The notes under the pieces are model-generated. The model was not told the origin of the DNA, did no database searches, and worked only from the letters and a program-made list of their open reading frames with translations. DNA of 64,000 nucleotides from an uncultured Spirochaetota bacterium (GTDB lineage Bacteria; Spirochaetota; Brevinematia; Brevinematales; JAOACQ01): NCBI GenBank assembly GCA_963783575.1, contig CAWAOD010000004.1:96001-160000 (forward strand). The letters are read 5' to 3'. The translations under genes and the position numbers were made by a program. Positions 52,736 to 62,617 of this stretch are shown here, piece after piece. Within the stretch, counting starts at the first letter, position 1. Each line of letters opens with the position of its first letter.

Positions 52736-52811
52736 ATTGAACTATTTTTATTTGCCGATTCTTTTCTTGTTTATTATCATTTCAACATAAAAAACTTATA
52801 AGGAGGACATT

Positions 52812-53204
52812 ATGGCAAAATTAGGCGATTATATGAAAACGGAGGACTTTAAAAAGGAAAAACATGTACCATTTATCGAAGTACAGCCCAATTCAAAGGC
52901 TGGTTCGCCATTTATTGTTACCGTAACAGTTGGTAAAGAAATTCCACACCCAAATACAACGGAACATTTTATCTCCTGGATTAAACTTTATTTTATGCCT
53001 GACGGTGGTAAATTCATTTATGAAGTAGGCGCGAATTATTTCAGTGCTCATGGCGCTTCCGCAGATGGACCAAACAAAGGCCCGGTATTTTCAAATTCGA
53101 CTGCGTCATTTAATGTTACCCTTAATACTTCCGGAACTTTAATTGCCGAAAGCTGCTGCAATATTCATGGGATATGGGAAAACAGCATCGACGTCAAATT
53201 CTAA
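52812..53204 (+). CDS. sor: superoxide reductase (neelaredoxin type)
   Basis: EKHVP, HPNTTEHFI.W, CNIHG.W. Confidence 0.92.
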   Translation: MAKLGDYMKTEDFKKEKHVPFIEVQPNSKAGSPFIVTVTVGKEIPHPNTTEHFISWIKLYFMPDGGKFIYEVGANYFSAHGASADGPNKGPVFSNSTASFNVTLNTSGTLIAESCCNIHGIWENSIDVKF

Positions 53205-53235
53205 TATCGCATGAATATTATTTGATTTTAAGAAT

Positions 53236-53859
53236 ATGATTTTTAAAGACAGGAGGGAAGCCGTAAGGCTTCTCTCCAATAAATTAATGAAATATAAAAA
53301 CGAAACCGGTTTATTGATTTTGGCTTTACCGAGGGGCGGCGTACCGGTAGCATTTGAGGCGGCAAAAGCCCTGGAAACAGGGTTTGATGTTTTCGTTGTT
53401 AGAAAGTTAGGCGCCCCAGGGCAACAAGAATTGGCTATCGGCGCCATTGCTGGAAATGAAGAAATTGTGACCAATGAGGGTATAATCAGGGAATTGGGGA
53501 TTTCCAGTGAAATTATTCAAAAAATTGCTGATGAGGAAAAAGTGGAACTGAAAAGGAGAAATCAGTTTTATAGAAAGGGCAAGCCGGAACTTAATGTTAA
53601 AAGCAAAACCGTTATTCTAATAGATGACGGACTTGCTACCGGAGCCTCGATGAAAGCGGCTGTACTTGCTTTGAGAAAAATGGGAGCCGGGAGAATTATC
53701 GTTGCAGTGCCTGTTGCGCCGGGAGAAACCTGTGAAGCCATGAAAAAAATAGCTGATGAAGTTATATGTTTTTTAACTCCTGATAATTTTTCGGCTGTTG
53801 GTGAGTGGTTTCAGGATTTTACCCAGACAAGCGACAAAGAAGTTCTGGAATTATTGTAA
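53236..53859 (+). CDS. type I phosphoribosyltransferase-like protein
   Basis: LPRGGVPVA, RKLGAP, LIDDGLATG, DFTQTSD. Confidence 0.9.
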   Translation: MIFKDRREAVRLLSNKLMKYKNETGLLILALPRGGVPVAFEAAKALETGFDVFVVRKLGAPGQQELAIGAIAGNEEIVTNEGIIRELGISSEIIQKIADEEKVELKRRNQFYRKGKPELNVKSKTVILIDDGLATGASMKAAVLALRKMGAGRIIVAVPVAPGETCEAMKKIADEVICFLTPDNFSAVGEWFQDFTQTSDKEVLELL

Positions 53860-53886
53860 GAAAATAAAATATTTTAAGGGGGTTGT

Positions 53887-54669
53887 ATGAAATACCTTAT
53901 ATTAGTAGTTGTTCTTGGGCTATGCTGGGGACAGTGCTTTTCGGCTCTGGTTAAACAGACCGTTCAGTATCAGGAAGGCAGTACAATTCTTGAAGGATAC
54001 CTGGTTTATGACGACTCCGTGATGGAAAAAAGGCCGGGAGTATTGATCATCCATGAATGGTGGGGATTGACTTCATATATCAAGATGAGGGCCGAACAGG
54101 TCGCCAATCTCGGTTATGTAGCCTTTGCGGCCGATATTTACGGACAGGGTGTCAGGCCGAAGGATATGCAGGAAGCGGGTAAAACAGCCGGCATCTTTGC
54201 TAATGACCGTCCGCTTATGCTAAAAAGAGCGGTAGCCGGATTGAATCAACTGACCGGGAATGAGTTTGTCGATACGAACCGCATTGCCGTAATGGGTTAT
54301 TGTTTCGGAGGCGGTGTAGCGCTTGAACTTGCCAGAAGCGGCGCGGATCTTGACGGGGTTGTCACTTTCCATGGAAACCTGGATATTCCGGCAAATGAGG
54401 ATCCGGCTAACATAAAAGGCAAAGTCCTGGTGCTGCATGGTGCGAACGACCCGTTTGTCAATGCTCAAATTGTCAGAAGCTTCGAAGACGCGATGCGGAA
54501 GACAAAGGTTGACTGGCAGGTTGTCCTTTACAGCGGAACGGTACACAGCTTTACTAATCCGGCTTCGGGGAATGATCCTTCCACGGGGATCGCTTATAAT
54601 GAAAGCTCCGATAAACGTTCATGGCAAGCGATGAAGGATTTTTATCAGGATATATTTGTTCAAAAATAA
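53887..54669 (+). CDS. secreted dienelactone hydrolase-family protein
   Basis: HEWWGL, GYCFGG, HGANDP, HSF. Confidence 0.9.
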   Translation: MKYLILVVVLGLCWGQCFSALVKQTVQYQEGSTILEGYLVYDDSVMEKRPGVLIIHEWWGLTSYIKMRAEQVANLGYVAFAADIYGQGVRPKDMQEAGKTAGIFANDRPLMLKRAVAGLNQLTGNEFVDTNRIAVMGYCFGGGVALELARSGADLDGVVTFHGNLDIPANEDPANIKGKVLVLHGANDPFVNAQIVRSFEDAMRKTKVDWQVVLYSGTVHSFTNPASGNDPSTGIAYNESSDKRSWQAMKDFYQDIFVQK

Positions 54670-54712
54670 ATAAAATGAAGCAGCTTGTTAATACGTTTAT
54701 TGTAAAGATTTT

Positions 54713-55126
54713 ATGAAGAAGTGGGAACATTTTCCTCATACTGCCGATATCGGCATAAGGGGCATAGGCGGCAGCATCACTGAAGCTTTTGAGATGGGAG
54801 CTCTTGCGCTTATTGCTGTTATCACTGATCCAAAAACTATCAAAGCCGAAGAAACTTTTTCAATATCCTGTGAAGCAACGGATTATGAATACCTTTTTTA
54901 TGATTGGATTAACGCTCTTATATACGAAATTGAAGTCCGGAAAATGCTTTTCTGCAGTTTTGATGTTAAAATTGATAATCTGAAGCTTGAAGCCCTGATT
55001 ATGGGAGAAAAGATTAATCCAGGCATTCATCATCCCACAGTGGGAATAAAAGGAGCGACATTAACCGAGTTGAAGGTGGAACAAAAAAACGGTATATGGA
55101 TCGCTCAATGCATAATTGATGTGTAA
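54713..55126 (+). CDS. archease
   Basis: HTADIGI, IKGAT, IIDV C-terminus; directly upstream of rtcB. Confidence 0.92.
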   Translation: MKKWEHFPHTADIGIRGIGGSITEAFEMGALALIAVITDPKTIKAEETFSISCEATDYEYLFYDWINALIYEIEVRKMLFCSFDVKIDNLKLEALIMGEKINPGIHHPTVGIKGATLTELKVEQKNGIWIAQCIIDV

Positions 55127-55135
55127 AGGTAAATT

Positions 55136-56662
55136 ATGGAATTAAAAAAACTGGAAAAAATCAATGATACCGAATGGGTTATACACCAGCACAGCGGCAT
55201 GCGGGTAAAAGCTATAATATATGCATCATCCAGACTGATAGAGGAAATGGACGAAAAGGTTTATACACAGCTCACAAATGTTGCGGCTTTACCCGGTATT
55301 GTTAAAGCGGCATACGCGATGCCCGATGCCCACTGGGGTTATGGCTTCCCCATCGGGGGCGTTGCCGCGTTCGATCCGGATGAAGGCGGAGTAATCTCAG
55401 CGGGCGGAGTCGGTTATGACATTTCCTGTGGAGTGCGTATGCTTAAGCTTGGCGGGTTGAAGCTTTCTGATTTTGAGTCAATTGGCAAAAAATCCTCAAG
55501 GCAAAATAGCAGGACACGCCCATTCGACAGAGCCTGTCCTGAGCCCGCCGAAGGTCTCAGGGACCACGGCGCGCTTATTGAAACCATAGCGGATGCTCTG
55601 TTTGCCGGTATACCGGCCGGGGTCGGAAGCGAAAGCGCCATTCACCTTGATAATAAAGAAATAAACAAAATGCTTACTGGCGGCGCACAGTGGGCTGTCG
55701 ATAGAGGTTACGGCGAACCTGAAGACCTTGAAAGGATGGAAGAGCATGGGACCGCCGCAAACGCGCTGCCTGATGCTGTATCGGAAAAAGCAAAAGAAAG
55801 GCAGAAAACAGAAATGGGAACCCTGGGTTCGGGCAACCATTATCTTGAAGTACAGGTTATTAAGGAAGTTTATAATAATACAATTTTGAGCGGCTTCGGA
55901 CTGGAAGAAGGCGATATTGTTATAAGCATCCATTGCGGATCGAGAGGATTGGGGCATCAAATCGGCACCGATTACTTGAAGGAAATGGCTCTTTCGGCCT
56001 CTAACTTTGGGATTACTCTGCCGGAAAGGGAACTGGCATGCTCGCCCATAAACTCAGGTTTGGGTAAGTCATACATCGGCGCAATGCGCGCCGGAATAAA
56101 CTGCGCCCTTGCAAACAGGGAAATATTAACACATTTCACCCGCGGTATACTAAAGGATATTTTACCGGGTATTCATATCGGTCTTGTTTACGATGTTTCC
56201 CACAATACCTGCAAAGAAGAAATGCATAAAGTCGATGGAACGATGAAAAAGCTTTTTGTTCACAGGAAGGGGGCGACAAGGTCATATGGCCCAGGTTATG
56301 ATGAATTGCCCCCGGAATTAAAGAATTTTGGACAGCCGGTTCTTATTGGCGGAAGCATGGGTACCGCGTCTTATATACTTGCCGGTACGGCTGAAAGCGA
56401 GGAACATGCCTTCAGTTCCTCCTGCCATGGAGCCGGAAGATCGATGAGCAGGCACCAGGCGCTGAAAAATTGGAGGGGGAATGAGATTGTGCGGAATCTT
56501 GGAGGAAAAGGTATATTGATTAGAAGCGGCTCAATGCGAGGCATTGCTGAGGAGGCACCGCTAGCATACAAGGACGTTAACAGGGTTGTGGATGACGCCC
56601 ACAACGCCGGGTTATCCGTAAAAGTCGCAAAGCTCAAGCCCCTGGCCTGTATAAAAGGGTAA
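55136..56662 (+). CDS. rtcB: RtcB RNA ligase carrying a ~30-aa insertion
   Basis: MPDAHWGYGFPIG, DISCG, GSGNHY, HCGSRG, HN, HRKGAT, GSMG, HGAGR, EEAP.AYK. Confidence 0.95.
   Translation: MELKKLEKINDTEWVIHQHSGMRVKAIIYASSRLIEEMDEKVYTQLTNVAALPGIVKAAYAMPDAHWGYGFPIGGVAAFDPDEGGVISAGGVGYDISCGVRMLKLGGLKLSDFESIGKKSSRQNSRTRPFDRACPEPAEGLRDHGALIETIADALFAGIPAGVGSESAIHLDNKEINKMLTGGAQWAVDRGYGEPEDLERMEEHGTAANALPDAVSEKAKERQKTEMGTLGSGNHYLEVQVIKEVYNNTILSGFGLEEGDIVISIHCGSRGLGHQIGTDYLKEMALSASNFGITLPERELACSPINSGLGKSYIGAMRAGINCALANREILTHFTRGILKDILPGIHIGLVYDVSHNTCKEEMHKVDGTMKKLFVHRKGATRSYGPGYDELPPELKNFGQPVLIGGSMGTASYILAGTAESEEHAFSSSCHGAGRSMSRHQALKNWRGNEIVRNLGGKGILIRSGSMRGIAEEAPLAYKDVNRVVDDAHNAGLSVKVAKLKPLACIKG
55519..55565. 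repeat. nested REP-like palindromic unit inside rtcB
   Basis: CCCATTCGACAG-AGCCTGTC-CTGAGCCCGCCGAAGG-TCTCAGGGAC; matches CTTCGACAGGCTCAG in both orientations. Confidence 0.7.
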
Positions 56663-56687
56663 AAAAGTAAATCGGTAAGGAGGTTTT

Positions 56688-57848
56688 ATGGATAAAGTTT
56701 CTATGGTGAACTGTCCCGATTATAACCAGGGTAATGTCGATAAATCAATCCGTGATTTACTTGAAAACATTCACTTCAATTTTCCTGAAAATTCCACGGT
56801 TCTGATAAAGCCCAACATAATGTCTCAAAACCGTCCGGAACAGGCTACGATAACCCACTTTTCGATTATCGAAGGGCTCTGCGCGGTTCTGAAAGATAAA
56901 GGCTGTAAAATCCAGATCGGGGATTCCATATCATTTTACCAAAGAGGCCTGACCCGTAAAGCTTTTCAAACTACCCGCCTTGATAAGGTTGCCGAAAAAT
57001 ACGGAGCGGAACTTATAGCTTTCGAGGAAGAACACCTTATTAAAAATACGGATAAAAGCACTTTTTTGAAAGAGATTTATTTTCCCGCAAGAATCCTTGA
57101 GGCTGATATGGTTATCAGCGCATGTAAACTGAAATCTCATTCATTGATGAGGCTGTCCGGAGCCGTGAAGAACATGTTCGGTATTATGCCCGGAGGCTAC
57201 AAGCAGAGACTGCATACCTGGACTCAAAGCCTATTTGATCTTGGGGATGTCTTCATCGATCTGTTTAATATTGCCGGCGCGAAGCTTTGCGTGATGGACG
57301 CCGTCACAGGACTTGACGGAGGCCCTTCGGCCGCCGGAAAACCGGTCAAAGTCGGAAAGATCCTGGCTTCCGTAAATCCTTACGCTCTGGACGCCGTCGC
57401 ATGTAAAATGATCGGATATGAGCCTTCGGATATTCCGATTCTTATCCGTGCCGGGCAAAGGGGTTTACAGAAAAACTACAGCGAAATCGAAATTATTGAA
57501 AATAATAAAACAACAATGATTGATAAATATCCATTTCCTGTTGTTAAATTTAAAAATATTATAAAAACCCCGATCGCTCCCGTAAAGGATAATAAAAGCG
57601 TCCTAGTAACGGAAACCTATGTTTTCCCGAAAGTTCTTAAACCGGAGTATGAAAATCCAGGGCAATGTATCTCAGTTTGCCCAACCGGGGCCATATATCA
57701 GAACGATCTGCACCACCTGGCGATAGACAGGGACAAATGCATCAACTGCTACCACTGTGTGTTTGCCTGCGAAAAGGGTGTAATAGGCTTTCGATCAAGT
57801 ATTATGAATAAGCTCATCCGTTTCGGCAGGTTTGTCCTGGGAATTTAA
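56688..57848 (+). CDS. DUF362-domain protein with C-terminal 4Fe-4S ferredoxin
   Basis: VLIKPN, TH, GDS, KLKSH..LSGAVKNMFG, GGP, CxxVCP and CINCYHCVFAC. Confidence 0.88.
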   Translation: MDKVSMVNCPDYNQGNVDKSIRDLLENIHFNFPENSTVLIKPNIMSQNRPEQATITHFSIIEGLCAVLKDKGCKIQIGDSISFYQRGLTRKAFQTTRLDKVAEKYGAELIAFEEEHLIKNTDKSTFLKEIYFPARILEADMVISACKLKSHSLMRLSGAVKNMFGIMPGGYKQRLHTWTQSLFDLGDVFIDLFNIAGAKLCVMDAVTGLDGGPSAAGKPVKVGKILASVNPYALDAVACKMIGYEPSDIPILIRAGQRGLQKNYSEIEIIENNKTTMIDKYPFPVVKFKNIIKTPIAPVKDNKSVLVTETYVFPKVLKPEYENPGQCISVCPTGAIYQNDLHHLAIDRDKCINCYHCVFACEKGVIGFRSSIMNKLIRFGRFVLGI

Positions 57849-57853
57849 ATCGG

Positions 57854-58089
57854 TTAGGTATTAATCAAATACTTTGCCACAATTGCTTCCAGGGAGATAT
57901 CGGCAGGCTTATTGTGAAATATTTTCTTTAGCGAATCAAGGTCGGATGCCCAGGCGACATTACCCGGGGCCAGAAGGCACAGGTAACCGTTTTCATGAGT
58001 AATATTCCCCGATAAATCCTTCAGCGGAACCAGAGTTCCCAGCGCACATATGCAGCCGGGCCTTCCAAGCCTCGCGGCATGAGGATTTG
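57854..58089 (-). pseudogene. decayed partial duplicate of the ndk 3' half with an internal deletion
   Basis: Aligns by eye to about 59929-60075 and 60244-60332 (shared TTCCAGGGAGATATCGGCAGGCTTATT and CAGCGGAACCAGAGTTCCCAGCGCAC). Confidence 0.88.
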
Positions 58090-58272
58090 CCAGTTATTAT
58101 GTCGTTTTTTTGCAATTTTTATGACTTTCTAATATTCTATCCTTGGTTGGAATTATAAAAATTCCTATCAGTTGATTAATATTAAAATTTTCATATATTG
58201 CTGGTAGTTATATTAACATATGATATAAGCGACACGGGTATGTTGATCAAAGTGAAAATGCCGGGGGTATAT

Positions 58273-59559
58273 ATGAACAGCATGTGTATAAAAATAATCA
58301 TCGCATCCCTTGCCCTATTTTCCGCCTTTGTTCTCGCTCTGTCCCTCACCGCGCAGGAACCCGACGTGGTGGAGAACAGCGAAGGGGTGAAGTTCCTGCC
58401 AAACTATCCGGGCACCTGGAAAGTGAGCGTCAGTACCTACGCATTGGATAAGGAGAAGATAAAAACGGCCGACCAGAAACGACAGGTTCAGGAATTTATC
58501 ACGAAGATGAAGGCGCTGGCTGAAGTGCTCCACCAATCTCCGGTGGCGATGCAGCCCCGCGGCGTCGATTTCGACGTCGAAATCGGGGTGAGGGACGTCA
58601 GGCCAGAATGTGTCGTCGGCGATCTGACCGTAAGCGTAATCTTCTGGTTCAAAGATTCCGATAACGGACAGGCCGCGCGGAAATCAACCAGCCCCGGTGG
58701 GGTCTACTTTTACGTCAATGACCTGCGTATGACGCTTTACGATGATTGGATATTGCAGGGATCTCAGGACGGTGGACTGCCCGATTTAAAAGGTAGGATC
58801 ATCTACTATGCACCAAAGCCCTGCGATTGGAAACGCTTCGGCTTTTCCGTATACCCCACGGCAGATCATTCGAATGAGTACATGATATTGACGAAAACAA
58901 AAACCCCCTACTGGCTCCCGATGCCTGCCGGGGAGTTCCTCGACGCGCTCATCGCGGACAACAAGAAGAGGATGAAGGATATCGCAGGGTATGTCCCGCA
59001 GAAAAGCCCGAGCCAGGAATTCGCGGAAGGCGCCGCGGAACGAAAGAAAAACCGGGAGGAATCCTACGCCGCGCTCCTGAAAGTGGACCCGAAAACTGCC
59101 GCTACGGTGAAGAAGAGTCTGGAAGATGCAGAAATTGCCACCATGAAGGAAATGAAGGAGATGGACAAGCAATGGGAGGAGAGCAAGAAGGATAAGCAGG
59201 TCTCGAACAAGTTCCTCGAGCGGGAGACGACGCTGCAGAAGGAGCTTGCCTCCATGAGTCCGGCGAAGAAGTCCGCCCAGGCGTGGTACCTCAAGTCTGA
59301 TGAATTCATCGAATCGGGATCGGGACTCGTCGCGCCGAAAACCGACGCCGCGTCACCCCTTATAGTGATGAATGACCGGTTTTTCGCCAATGAAGGCTCC
59401 CCGCCCTCACTCAGGATCATTGCGATGTATGCGGGATGGGAAGGATCTTACGATGATCCTTACAATGTTCCGGTTTCAAGACACCTTGGAGTAAGCAGGA
59501 TGAGCCAATTTCTTAAAAGCATCGACTGGCAGAAGGTCACGGCGCTGCTGTCGGACTAA
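58273..59559 (+). CDS. hypothetical secreted protein, GC-richer than flanks
   Basis: Signal peptide, long open frame, many C/G-ending codons, central coiled coil. Confidence 0.7.
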   Translation: MNSMCIKIIIASLALFSAFVLALSLTAQEPDVVENSEGVKFLPNYPGTWKVSVSTYALDKEKIKTADQKRQVQEFITKMKALAEVLHQSPVAMQPRGVDFDVEIGVRDVRPECVVGDLTVSVIFWFKDSDNGQAARKSTSPGGVYFYVNDLRMTLYDDWILQGSQDGGLPDLKGRIIYYAPKPCDWKRFGFSVYPTADHSNEYMILTKTKTPYWLPMPAGEFLDALIADNKKRMKDIAGYVPQKSPSQEFAEGAAERKKNREESYAALLKVDPKTAATVKKSLEDAEIATMKEMKEMDKQWEESKKDKQVSNKFLERETTLQKELASMSPAKKSAQAWYLKSDEFIESGSGLVAPKTDAASPLIVMNDRFFANEGSPPSLRIIAMYAGWEGSYDDPYNVPVSRHLGVSRMSQFLKSIDWQKVTALLSD

Positions 59560-59657
59560 GGGGTCAGCTCACGAAACGGATTTTTAAGCCCGTTAAAACA
59601 GCTTTGAAGCAATGCCGGTTCCCGGCGTAATCGCCATTAAAACACTGCTCCAGGGAA

Positions 59658-59826
59658 GAAGATTTAAAAGTATTTGAAGTTGACCCAATGGTATGTCCCA
59701 AATGCGGAAGCGAGATGAAGATTATAGCTGTTATAACGGAACCTTTAGCCGTAGACTGTATTCTGCAGTATCTAGAGAAAAAAGGCCTGCCCCCATTCAA
59801 TCTGCCGAAGGCTCATTCACCGCCGG
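59658..59826 (+). mobile_element. IS91-family transposase C-terminal remnant
   Basis: KVFEVDPMVCPKCGSEMKIIAVITEP..V..IL..L...PP..AHSPP. Confidence 0.65.
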
Positions 59827-59928
59827 GAACACTGGCGCTTTCTGTTTTAAGGCTCGCATATCTTAACCAGCCTTTTTTAATATTCCTGCCCGAACTTTCT
59901 GAAAGAGCTTTATATCTGAATCGTCAGT

Positions 59929-60654
59929 TCATGTATTGATCAAATACTTTGCCGCAATTGATTCCAGGGAGATATCGGCAGGCTTATTATGATATATCTT
60001 CTTAAGCGCTTCCAGATCGGATTCCCAGGTGGCATCGCCGGGGGCCAGAAGGCACAGGTAACTGTTTTCATGAGTTTTTGAAAGTTTATTATCTTTTATG
60101 TAATAATGCTCTTCACTCTGAACTGTCTTATAAATGAGCATGCGCGGCGGGATTTCACTTGGTTTGAACCAGAGCTTGATTTCCCTTTCCGCATCAATCT
60201 CATTTGCGGAAGCATGAATCAGGTTGTCCATTCTTTCGCCGATAATATTTCCGGAAGAGTCTTTCAGCGGAACCAGAGTTCCCAGCGCACGGATACAGCC
60301 GGGCCTTTCAAGCCTCGCGGCATGAGGATTTGTGGGGCCCGCGATATTCCTTACGGTTTTAATGGCATCAGGGCCCTGATATACAATCGCGATCACCCTC
60401 CTTTTTTGGGGATCATCGGGATAGTGCTCTTTTCCCATAATAAAATCAATCAGCGCGGGGAAAAAGATTTTCCCGCGGTGTTCGGCATAATGTTCCTCCG
60501 CCAGCATCTTACTGACTGAAGCGACTTTTGCGCCTGCAAACCTAAGCCCTGTATGGAACTCTGAAAGTTGTGAAAGCACGTATCCCGTCAATGAATTCTT
60601 AATGGCATCCGGCTTAATTAAAACAAGGGTTTGTTCAAGTTCTTTCTTATACAA
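59929..60654 (-). CDS. ndk: nucleoside-diphosphate kinase, atypical long form
   Basis: EQTLVLIKPD, AEEHYAEH, GPTNP, NLIHAS, EREIKLWF, plus C-terminal extension; AGGAGG RBS before TTG 60654. Confidence 0.85.
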   Translation of the reverse strand: MYKKELEQTLVLIKPDAIKNSLTGYVLSQLSEFHTGLRFAGAKVASVSKMLAEEHYAEHRGKIFFPALIDFIMGKEHYPDDPQKRRVIAIVYQGPDAIKTVRNIAGPTNPHAARLERPGCIRALGTLVPLKDSSGNIIGERMDNLIHASANEIDAEREIKLWFKPSEIPPRMLIYKTVQSEEHYYIKDNKLSKTHENSYLCLLAPGDATWESDLEALKKIYHNKPADISLESIAAKYLINT

Positions 60655-60825
60655 TTTGAACCTCCTGGTCATTCTTAATTAAATTATTATAACCTGCACC
60701 AAATAATTTCTCTATAAAATCAGATTAATATTTTTTTACATATTCGATAATTTCTTGCAAATAATAAGTCTATTTCCTAAAATATTTATCAGACGGCTCT
60801 GCCGTTGATTTTGGAGGATCAAATT

Positions 60826-61728
60826 ATGTACGATATTTACCTTTACGGAATGATTTCCGCGAGCGTTGTTTATGTCCTGGATAAAAATTTTATGTTCCCC
60901 CGCCCGAACGATTATGCCGAAATAGGCAAATCATACCAATCGATAGGCGGAGAAGCGGTTAATTCCGCGATAATGCTTTCAAAGCTGGGTTTAAAAACAA
61001 AGCTTGACGGAAACTGGCTGAATCCTAAGCATGCAGGGGGAATCAAAAACCTGTTAAGCCCTTTTGATATAGACATTTCCCGGCTTAAAACAAAAAAAGA
61101 TCATGGAACCGAAGAGATCGTTATAACAGACAGGAATTCCAGGACAATCTTCGGAAATTACGCTTCTTTTCATAATGGGGCAAAGCAGTGGAACGACCCC
61201 GATGAAACGGATATTTGCGAAGCTTCCATGGTTTCCATCGATCCTTTTTTCAGGAAGGAATCTTTAACGGCGGCTCAAATTTGCGTTAAGAATAATAAAC
61301 CCTATGTGACCGTTGATTGTAAATATGAAGATTTTCTCTCTCAAAACGCGGAGTCAGTAATCATTTCTCATGAATTGAGGGATCAGGCATACAGAAATAA
61401 TGACATGAAGGAGATTTTTAATAAATATCTGGAAAACTGCAAAGGCCTGACCATATTTTCTTTCGGCGCAGATGAACTGTGGTATGCGCGTCCGGGTCAG
61501 GATTTAAAGAGATATAAACCTTATTCGATTACGCCGGTCGATACGACAGGAGCAGGGGACTCTTTCCGTTCGGGAATCATATATGGTCTTATGAAAGGCT
61601 GGGATGATGAAAGAATTGTTGATTTTGCCTCCGCCGTAGCTGCCTGTGTCTGCCTCTCAATTCCGCATGCGCTGAACGCATCGGGGCTGGACGGCGTCAA
61701 TGAATTTATCAGGAAAAATAAAAATTAA
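60826..61728 (+). CDS. PfkB-family carbohydrate kinase
   Basis: GGEAVNSA..LSKLG, DTTGAGDSF. Confidence 0.9.
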   Translation: MYDIYLYGMISASVVYVLDKNFMFPRPNDYAEIGKSYQSIGGEAVNSAIMLSKLGLKTKLDGNWLNPKHAGGIKNLLSPFDIDISRLKTKKDHGTEEIVITDRNSRTIFGNYASFHNGAKQWNDPDETDICEASMVSIDPFFRKESLTAAQICVKNNKPYVTVDCKYEDFLSQNAESVIISHELRDQAYRNNDMKEIFNKYLENCKGLTIFSFGADELWYARPGQDLKRYKPYSITPVDTTGAGDSFRSGIIYGLMKGWDDERIVDFASAVAACVCLSIPHALNASGLDGVNEFIRKNKN

Positions 61729-61760
61729 ACGCGAATTTTATAACCGGCAGAAGTATTAAG

Positions 61761-62363
61761 CTAATTGCTGATTTGATTTATTTTGTCCGCAAAAGCTTTG
61801 AACCTCTTTTCATCATTTCCCTGATTGTTATAAAAATTATAATTGAAAATTATGTCAAAGGTCAATATACCCAAACCCGCCGTTAAATAGAAATTATCTT
61901 TTTGCGAGAAACTGTTTGCAAGGCACAAAGCCGCGGCTAAAATCAGGCTGTCGTTAATAAAGCCAAATTCATACCCGATATCGTCTTTTGCAAATATTCC
62001 TTTTCTGAATTCAAGATGCAACTTTGCCAATTGATCAAAATCAGAGCCGTAATTTTTATAGAAATCCGAACCGGAAAATGATTGCGCTTCAATTTCTTCG
62101 AAATTGGAATTGTTTTTATCCGCCAGGTAATAAATATCGGTATTTGAAATGTGAATTGCGGCTATATCATATTCTATAAAATCTATCCTGAATTTGTAAC
62201 GATATTCAAGGAAAAGCCCGAATAATGAAAAATAATCGAATTCCTTTATAACTTCAATGTTCAAAGGCTTATCACCGGCCATATAAAAAGTATTTGATTC
62301 TCCATATAAGTATGGAAATATCAGCAATATAAGCGAAAAAAGAAAAAGCAAAGGCTTAAACAT
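61761..62363 (-). CDS. hypothetical membrane/secreted protein
   Basis: GGGAG RBS, signal peptide, two C-terminal hydrophobic segments. Confidence 0.55.
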   Translation of the reverse strand: MFKPLLFLFSLILLIFPYLYGESNTFYMAGDKPLNIEVIKEFDYFSLFGLFLEYRYKFRIDFIEYDIAAIHISNTDIYYLADKNNSNFEEIEAQSFSGSDFYKNYGSDFDQLAKLHLEFRKGIFAKDDIGYEFGFINDSLILAAALCLANSFSQKDNFYLTAGLGILTFDIIFNYNFYNNQGNDEKRFKAFADKINQISN

Positions 62364-62617
62364 AAATACTCCCTATTATAGATTAAATTATATTCAGATA
62401 TAAATCGGCAGTCAAGAATCCAGGTTAAATATTAACCGGTTCCATTTAAATAATTTTATAATAAAATATTATTTTAAATTTAGTTATCAATTGTCTTATT
62501 AAGTCATTTTATGATATTTCCATGATTTTAATTCAACAATGAATAAATACTTGACAAATTTATAAAATAAATCAAAATATTACCGTAAATAAAATGATTA
62601 CTAAAAAGGAGATATTT

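Noticed and set aside
55480..55575. Intein or intron in rtcB
   Set aside because: About 30 codons, no Cys/Ser start with His-Asn end, no intron-sized structure
59688..59939. 83-aa ORF as an intact gene
   Set aside because: It is only the C-terminal fragment of an IS91-like transposase reading into unrelated sequence
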